A DNA stretch of 40,793 bases from a virus. Lineage: Duplodnaviria > Caudoviricetes. This document shows, piece after piece, positions 35,335 through 40,793 of this stretch (positions within the stretch are counted from its first letter, which is position 1; each line of letters opens with the position of its first letter). The notes below the pieces were generated by a model. That model was not told the DNA's origin. It saw only the letters and a program-made list of their open reading frames with translations, and ran no database searches. The translations under genes and the position numbers were made by a program. The stretch covers positions 1 through 40,793 of the IMG/VR virus record IMGVR_UViG_3300036987_000548; one strand, written 5' to 3'.

Positions 35335-36004
35335 CTTGCACCATCTCCATGCTGATATCGTTGACGCTGCTGGCTGTCATAGCCCGCTCAATGCCGATGG
35401 CCGTTGTTAAAACCGGTCTCCAATCGCCTTTGGCGTGCTTATGGATTTCGGATGTCACGTCCGGACCGACTTTCGCGCCCAGGGCAGTTTTGAAAAAGTG
35501 CGCAATATCAAACTGGTTGATCGGGCCAAATTCCAGGCGGCGGCGAATCCGGCTGGCCAGTCTCCGGCGTGATCCGACGCGGCCCTTCAGTTCTTCTTCA
35601 CCGATCAGCATCACCGGGCAGGCGAAACGCTCGTTGACGTTGCGCAGCATCTCCAGGACTTTCATTTCCAGCAAATCCGCTTCGTCAATCATGATTAAGC
35701 GCCGGTTTTTGCTCATTTCCTCGCCGATGATATTCAGGCAGGCATCGGTGCGGGCGGGTCTCATCCCGGCCAGTTCAAAACTGATTTCCCGTAAGACCAT
35801 CGCCGGGGTGCGGACGTTCATCGGCGGGATATAAATGGCGTCGGAGTGCACTGCGTAATGCCGCGCCGCTTCCGATTTGCCGCGCCCTGCCGGGCCGGTG
35901 ACCATCGCCAGTGAAGGGCCGATTAACGACACGGAAGATGTCAATTCCGCACATATTTCCTCAAATTTCTTAGTATTGCCGGTTTCAATAAAGCCTTGTT
36001 TCAT
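35315..36004 (-). CDS. MuB-like AAA+ transposition ATPase
   Basis: GPAGRGKS Walker A, IMIDEAD Walker B, follows the transposase. Confidence 0.92.
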   Translation of the reverse strand: MKQGFIETGNTKKFEEICAELTSSVSLIGPSLAMVTGPAGRGKSEAARHYAVHSDAIYIPPMNVRTPAMVLREISFELAGMRPARTDACLNIIGEEMSKNRRLIMIDEADLLEMKVLEMLRNVNERFACPVMLIGEEELKGRVGSRRRLASRIRRRLEFGPINQFDIAHFFKTALGAKVGPDVTSEIHKHAKGDWRPVLTTAIGIERAMTASSVNDISMEMVQDVLKNG

Positions 36005-36019
36005 TAGATAGCCTCCTAT

Positions 36020-38329
36020 TTATTGCGCCTGTGCTTCCGCGCGGTATTCTCTCTCAAACTCCCACCGCTCGCGGGCTTCCGGTGTCATTGCGGCTTCGTA
36101 ATTCTTCATCCAGGCGAGATCTTCCTCTGATATGCTGCCGTCCACTGCAGCCAGGATACAGTAATCATGGCGGGCGGCATCAGATGTCCAGTAGGCGGGA
36201 CGCGGCGGAGCAAGCGGCTTATTTGTTTTCGCCGGGACGCGGTTTAAAACTTCGAGTGCCTGGACTCCGCGATCGAGTTCTTCCTGGGTGATCTGTTTCG
36301 TCATTTCCTTGTTCTCAATTGCCCGCTGCTTTTTCTCGGCTCCGATCAGGGCGGCGACCCGCTCTCCTTCCGGGACGGTGGAATACTGACGGAAATCCGG
36401 GGCAATGGATGATATTTTCTTGAATTCTTCGGCGAATTTGCGGCGGCGTTCGCGTTTCTCGGCTATCTTTTGCGAGGCCAGATCATCGTCGATCATGGAG
36501 GATCGTTCGACGGGATAAGCGGTGCAAATGTATTTGCCGCCCTGATAAATATGGACTTTTTCATAGGTCATGGGGTTAAAGCGGATATCCACGCGCTGTT
36601 TATGCAGTTCAATGAGGGCGTCGTGGACATAAAACTCGTTGGCCAGGCTGATCTGGCCTTTATTGATGATGCGTGTGTCGCGGGCCAGGAAGAGAAGATC
36701 GGCGGCATCGTTGGACAGCATCTTGGGCCGCCAGCCGTCCTTATAGCAGGCATGCAGGCAATCCAACGGAGTTACCGCTTTGGGCTTCGGCAGCCATGAC
36801 CATTCGGCGAGCACGCCGCGATGGACTTTTTTATTGTTGTAGTAGTCGCAGGCGCGATACATGGCGAGCGCAAACTCCCGGCTCGTCAGCAGTTTGCCTT
36901 GCGCGGCGAGTTTCTGCGCCTCCTGGTGATCGATGTCCTGCCAGTGGATGTCGTCGGACATCTTCTTGGTGTGGCCGGGCAGCATCATGACGGAGGCCAT
37001 GATCTCTTCGAGGCGGTCAAAGGTGCCCTCGATCATTTTGGCTTTGGCGTTCTTGACGATGGCTTTGCGGTGCGATCCGGGCATCAGGCAGCAGGGTGAG
37101 ATGTCTTCGGCGTCCACGTCCAGCAGGTCAGTGACGAGTTCGTCGGTCTTTTCCCATTTGATTCCATGAGAATTAAGATTGGCCAGGATGGAGGTGAGAA
37201 ACCTGGATAATTCCGGCTTGCCGTTATCGGTGTAAATGCTGTGGAAAGCGCCATAGCAGGAGACGCCGATCCGCAGAGCGAGGCCGATGAGCCAGGCATC
37301 ATATTTTTTATCGACTGCGGCGCCGTAAATGGTGCGCGAGCGCAGATCCTGCCAAAGATAACCTTCCGGGCGGAAGATCTCGCCAGTCTCTTCATCCATT
37401 ACCCATCTGTCAAAGCGATGCTGGTCGCCGACGATGATCTGGAAGGGCGCGAGGTCGGAGTAGTCGCGCAGGATGGGTGGCAAAATATTGTCCAGGGCTC
37501 GCATGCCGCCGCGCTGGAGGGCATCGAGAGCGGGATTCCACTTCTTGTCGAACCACCAGTTGGCCGATTCGTAGCCGCCGATATGCCAGCCGCGCCGGTG
37601 AGCTTCGATAATCAGGCAATTTTCATATAAATCCTTGCGGTTTGCGGCCCGATGTTCACGTTTCCCGCATAAACTGACCCAAAAATCAATGGCGTCGGGC
37701 GACCATTTACGGGGCGCATCGGCGTATGATTTGGTGTGCCTAAGCCCCGGAATACCCTTTTCCTCGTACTTTTTGAGCCATTTATAGACTGTTTGCCAGC
37801 CGATTTCGTGCCGCATGGCGACTGATTCAATCCATTTGCGCTTGCCGCCGGTCCAGCTGCGCGGCATGTCGTCTACTTCGCGCAGTATTGCCAGTATTTT
37901 GGCGATGCGCGGATCCGTCATGTCCTGCTCGCGGATCGCGGTCTCGGGCGTGCGCTCGGTATTGAGCAGATCCAACCCTCCCTGGCTAACCGGGGTCAGG
38001 GCCAGGGTCATCGATGTGTTGATGACGTCGGTAACATCATTATATTTGTTGATAATAAGGGCGGCGGCGGATGGTTTTAGGGCGGGCAGCATGTTCATAA
38101 TCTCTAAACTTGCTCCCGGATTTGTATCCTTATTATTATGTGCGGTAATTATAGCTTCCTGGATGTCGGCGGGAAGGGCAGAAAGAGGGTATTTTCTGGT
38201 TTTGCCGCCGTTGCCGTTTTCAACAATACATACCCAGTTTTCTTTTTTGGCTCGTGCTATGATTGCTTGCTTTGTGAGTCCTAAAATTTCCGCTATTTCC
38301 TTTGCCGTAAACGTCGTTTCGTTACCCAT
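36020..38329 (-). CDS. MuA-like DDE transposase
   Basis: N-terminal Mu DNA-binding domain (ARAKKENW...YPLSALP); DDE triad VGDQH / YTDNGK / IEGTF; C-terminal Mu_transpos_C-like region. Confidence 0.95.
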   Translation of the reverse strand: MGNETTFTAKEIAEILGLTKQAIIARAKKENWVCIVENGNGGKTRKYPLSALPADIQEAIITAHNNKDTNPGASLEIMNMLPALKPSAAALIINKYNDVTDVINTSMTLALTPVSQGGLDLLNTERTPETAIREQDMTDPRIAKILAILREVDDMPRSWTGGKRKWIESVAMRHEIGWQTVYKWLKKYEEKGIPGLRHTKSYADAPRKWSPDAIDFWVSLCGKREHRAANRKDLYENCLIIEAHRRGWHIGGYESANWWFDKKWNPALDALQRGGMRALDNILPPILRDYSDLAPFQIIVGDQHRFDRWVMDEETGEIFRPEGYLWQDLRSRTIYGAAVDKKYDAWLIGLALRIGVSCYGAFHSIYTDNGKPELSRFLTSILANLNSHGIKWEKTDELVTDLLDVDAEDISPCCLMPGSHRKAIVKNAKAKMIEGTFDRLEEIMASVMMLPGHTKKMSDDIHWQDIDHQEAQKLAAQGKLLTSREFALAMYRACDYYNNKKVHRGVLAEWSWLPKPKAVTPLDCLHACYKDGWRPKMLSNDAADLLFLARDTRIINKGQISLANEFYVHDALIELHKQRVDIRFNPMTYEKVHIYQGGKYICTAYPVERSSMIDDDLASQKIAEKRERRRKFAEEFKKISSIAPDFRQYSTVPEGERVAALIGAEKKQRAIENKEMTKQITQEELDRGVQALEVLNRVPAKTNKPLAPPRPAYWTSDAARHDYCILAAVDGSISEEDLAWMKNYEAAMTPEARERWEFEREYRAEAQAQ

Positions 38330-38482
38330 TGCCGCTCCTCTATTTGTTAATAATGATAAAAATTACCGGGCTAAAATAAATTATTGAAAGAATAAGCACC
38401 GCCCAGATGGCCCGTTTGAGCCCGCGACTGTCAAAAAAACGTTCCAGGGTATCTACTGTTCGATTCGTAATTTTATTCATCA

Positions 38483-38884
38483 TTACCCCTCTTTATTTTG
38501 GTCTAGGTTTGTATTAATGCCGTATTCGCGCAGACGTCCCTTGCGGGCGCTTTCACAAAACCTTTGAATACTCGACCTCGAAACGTGCTTTTCAGGATTA
38601 TTGGGATGTTTTGCTCTAATACATTCTGCAATATCTGTGAATTGTTCCCCTTGCTTCCGCATCAAAATAATCAAATTACGGATTTCAGGATCGCGAAATC
38701 CACCGATGAGTTTATGACTACGACATCTTTTATGCCCAAGTGGATTAGGTGCGTCTGCTTTTTCAGGTAATATAGGTGATTGCTTTTGTTGTAAGGTGAT
38801 TAATATCTTTTCTAAAGTTTTGTTTACATTGGAAAATTGTTCTTCTATTTTCCCCATAAAAATACTGACTTGCTGTTTACTCAT
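38483..38884 (-). CDS. AT-rich hypothetical protein with an HTH-like C terminus
   Basis: QFTDIAECIR...VSRSSIQRF; GGAGG RBS. Confidence 0.65.
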   Translation of the reverse strand: MSKQQVSIFMGKIEEQFSNVNKTLEKILITLQQKQSPILPEKADAPNPLGHKRCRSHKLIGGFRDPEIRNLIILMRKQGEQFTDIAECIRAKHPNNPEKHVSRSSIQRFCESARKGRLREYGINTNLDQNKEG

Positions 38885-38887
38885 CGG

Positions 38888-39364
38888 TTACCCCTCCATT
38901 TCTTTCAAAAACATCATGCGCTTGCGTTTGTCGGCCTGTTTTTTGTTAATCTCTTCCTCAATGCGCTGAATCTCGGCCCTCAGTGCTTCCGGCCCCGGTA
39001 AAACAAACACGCCCACCCGGCGGCCCATCATTTTCAAGGGTTCGCTGCATCCAACGGCCTCGCAGAAAGCAGGCAAAAAAATAGCCGGAAAGCGATGAGC
39101 CTCTTTAGACTCTGCCGTCCAGCTATCCAACATGGTCTTTGTAATTTCCGTGCCAGTCAACTCCGACATTCGGGCGGATACCTGCCAGCGCGATAGCGGG
39201 CAATGCTTTAATGATTCACTGATGGCCGCGCGAAATTGCCGGTCGATATCGAAGCTGCCAGCCGGTTGATGATTATTTTTTGTGGTGTTCTCGGTATGAA
39301 GTTCCTTTAAAATATCGAAAAGGGATGCCTGTCTGGTGTCTAATCTTTGTTTGAATTTAGCCAT
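38888..39364 (-). CDS. Phage regulatory protein (CII-like HTH), between ner and A
   Basis: SRWQVSARMSELTG.EITKTMLDSWTAESK...FPAIFLPAFC. Confidence 0.7.
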   Translation of the reverse strand: MAKFKQRLDTRQASLFDILKELHTENTTKNNHQPAGSFDIDRQFRAAISESLKHCPLSRWQVSARMSELTGTEITKTMLDSWTAESKEAHRFPAIFLPAFCEAVGCSEPLKMMGRRVGVFVLPGPEALRAEIQRIEEEINKKQADKRKRMMFLKEMEG

Positions 39365-39427
39365 TGAAAAGCCTTTTTATTGTGTTATTATAAAATCATG
39401 AAAAAACGGCTTCTAAATATTTCCGAT

Positions 39428-39715
39428 TTACGCCGCTTGCCGGTCCCATATAACCATTCGACGGCCACGCTTTGGGATTCTATTAAGGAAGTGCTGAGGC
39501 CAGATCTGCGCAATGTCCTTGCCGATTGCCTCTGCAATGGCTTCCATTACCCTGGTCTGGACATTATTATAATGTATAGCGCGGGAAACAGCGCTTGGCG
39601 TAACATTAATGGCCCGTGCGACCGCAGCCTGGTTAAGACCCTTGGAAGCCAGGGCATCAATAATTTCTTTAGGTGTCATGCCGGTTGGTTTCAATGTGGA
39701 GTGAGTTCTGTTCAT
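39428..39715 (-). CDS. ner: Ner/Cro-like HTH regulator
   Basis: MTPKEIIDALASKGLNQAAVAR...IAEAIGKDIAQIWP; divergent from the repressor. Confidence 0.85.
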   Translation of the reverse strand: MNRTHSTLKPTGMTPKEIIDALASKGLNQAAVARAINVTPSAVSRAIHYNNVQTRVMEAIAEAIGKDIAQIWPQHFLNRIPKRGRRMVIWDRQAA

Positions 39716-39763
39716 TTTTTTTATTCTCCATGTTGACTATTTGTTATTTATATTTTTAATGAC

Positions 39764-39792
39764 TCTATAAACCCAAATAAATAGGTTGTCAA
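39764..39792 (-). promoter_or_regulatory. Early lytic promoter (Pe-like)
   Basis: TTGACA-N17-TATAGA upstream of ner. Confidence 0.65.
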
Positions 39793-39886
39793 GTAAATTA
39801 TTAAGTTGTCACCATGATTTGTTAATATTTAAAAATATAATAGGTTAAATGGTTATAATTATTTAATATTATACAGGGGGCAATCA

Positions 39887-39928
39887 AGTTTACACCTTGG
39901 TTGTCACCTTTAATAAAAGGTGTAAACT
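39887..39928 (+). promoter_or_regulatory. Repressor promoter / operator
   Basis: Perfect 12-bp inverted repeat AGTTTACACCTT...AAGGTGTAAACT overlapping TTGTCA-N16-TAAACT, 7 nt before the ATG at 39936. Confidence 0.6.
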
Positions 39929-39935
39929 GAATATT

Positions 39936-40793
39936 ATGGGAATATCATTTAAAAAAGTAGATAAAAAAAGAAAAGAGTTGGGTATTTCAATCACTGATTT
40001 TACTAAAAAAATCGGAGTATCCAGGAAAACTTATTATGATTGGGAAAATGATGTGGTTCCTATTCTGGTTAAATATTTAAAACCGATTGAGGGTATATTA
40101 GGTGTTGATTATCAAGATATTACAGAAGAAGATAAAGGTAAGTTACCTGATGTTGTTCTTCAGGGATTGAGTGTTGAAAGCCTGGATAGAATACAAAAGC
40201 GGGTGAGGTGGATTTTTGATCATATAATAAAGGGAAATCAATTATCTAATGTAAGATTGGCTAAAATATTAGATATTTCAATTTCTTCAATTGATAATTA
40301 CAGGGGAGGAAAATCTGTACCAAAATCAGAAACACTTGCGCTTCTCCAAAATATTTTTAAGGTTAATGTTAATTGGATATTAGATGGCGGCGGGAGTGCT
40401 TTTTTAAATACAAATGATGCTATAAAAGAAGTAATTAAAAAAGATAAATACACTGGAGAGCCTGAATTCGTTGGTGTTTTAGAAGATTTATTTAAATATT
40501 CAACCTCCACTGATACACTATTTTCTTCCGATCAAAAAATAAACGTTGAAGAGGCAATGGGAAAAGCTTATAAAGTTCTAACCGCCGGTACTGCTCTGTC
40601 AGTCGCCCTCTATATGAATATTCAACAATTTGCCGCAGCGTTGGACACCGGCCAGGCATTACAATTATGTCACGAACAAATGAAGACTATGCAGGAGCAA
40701 ATTAATGCGTTGAACGCCAGGATTGATGGCTTAACAGCTCCTTCTACAGCCGAGCGGCAGGCGGGCGCTGGCTCGGAAAAAGAGGTAATGTGA
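39936..40793 (+). CDS. Phage repressor with two XRE-type HTH domains
   Basis: HTH1 RKELGISITDFTKKIGVSRKTYYDWEN; HTH2 SNVRLAKILDISISSIDNYRGG...VNVNWILDG; C-terminal coiled coil; likely start is the ATG at 39936. Confidence 0.85.
   Translation: MGISFKKVDKKRKELGISITDFTKKIGVSRKTYYDWENDVVPILVKYLKPIEGILGVDYQDITEEDKGKLPDVVLQGLSVESLDRIQKRVRWIFDHIIKGNQLSNVRLAKILDISISSIDNYRGGKSVPKSETLALLQNIFKVNVNWILDGGGSAFLNTNDAIKEVIKKDKYTGEPEFVGVLEDLFKYSTSTDTLFSSDQKINVEEAMGKAYKVLTAGTALSVALYMNIQQFAAALDTGQALQLCHEQMKTMQEQINALNARIDGLTAPSTAERQAGAGSEKEVM

Larger units (their letters stand above)
1..40793 (-). mobile_element. Mu-like transposable phage/prophage, siphovirus-type tail (termini outside the window)
   Basis: Divergent repressor/Ner, then DDE transposase, AAA ATPase, GemA, Gam, lysis, gp26/gp27, TerL, portal, head, tail and a terminal DNA-modification gene: the canonical Mu gene order. 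No sheath or baseplate-wedge genes seen. Confidence 0.95.

Noticed and set aside
36020-38329. Transposase plus ATPase as a Tn7/CAST or IS21 element
   Set aside because: The Mu-type N-terminal domain and the ner/gemA/gam context identify MuA/MuB; no tniQ or cas genes
1132-39736. The many + strand and nested ORFs in the track (e.g. 11820-12566, 18660-19379, 20674-21399, 33437-34141)
   Set aside because: They are shadows of well-supported - strand genes and have no recognisable motifs
1-40793. Mu-type termini (TG...CA) and transposase-binding end repeats
   Set aside because: The window starts and ends exactly at stop codons of the terminal genes, so the ends are not included; prophage versus virion state cannot be decided

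Overview
The window is almost the whole gene complement of a Mu-like transposable (pro)phage with a non-contractile (siphovirus-type) tail. It is trimmed from the stop codon of the last gene (a DNA adenine methylase, at the mom position) to the stop codon of the repressor, so the TG...CA ends are not visible. Apart from the repressor, all genes are on the - strand. Reading right to left: repressor / Ner-like switch, DDE transposase A, ATPase B, GemA, Gam and small early genes, a Com-like Zn finger, an AT-rich two-gene moron (membrane-anchored Dcd/dUTPase-fold protein plus an unknown), a late promoter with an attenuator-like terminator, M15 endolysin, DUF1353, TraR, gp25/26/27-like genes, terminase, portal, gpF, a protease-scaffold-capsid fusion, neck and tail genes (with a -1 frameshift chaperone), tape measure, tail tip, and the methylase. 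The most striking anomaly is a ~7.5 kb cassette (12.5-20.1 kb) between the capsid and neck genes. It encodes six proteins, several resembling capsid decoration/cement/fibre proteins, that all carry Sec-type signal peptides, plus an O-antigen-ligase/O-oligosaccharyltransferase-family membrane enzyme. This is a candidate system for exporting, and possibly glycosylating, virion-decorating proteins. Other unusual signals are a tRNA-like cloverleaf ncRNA with a GUA anticodon loop antisense to the methylase leader, and nine co-oriented 7-bp-period AAGG arrays, eight of them at 3' ends of late genes. All family calls come from motifs read by eye; no searches were run.
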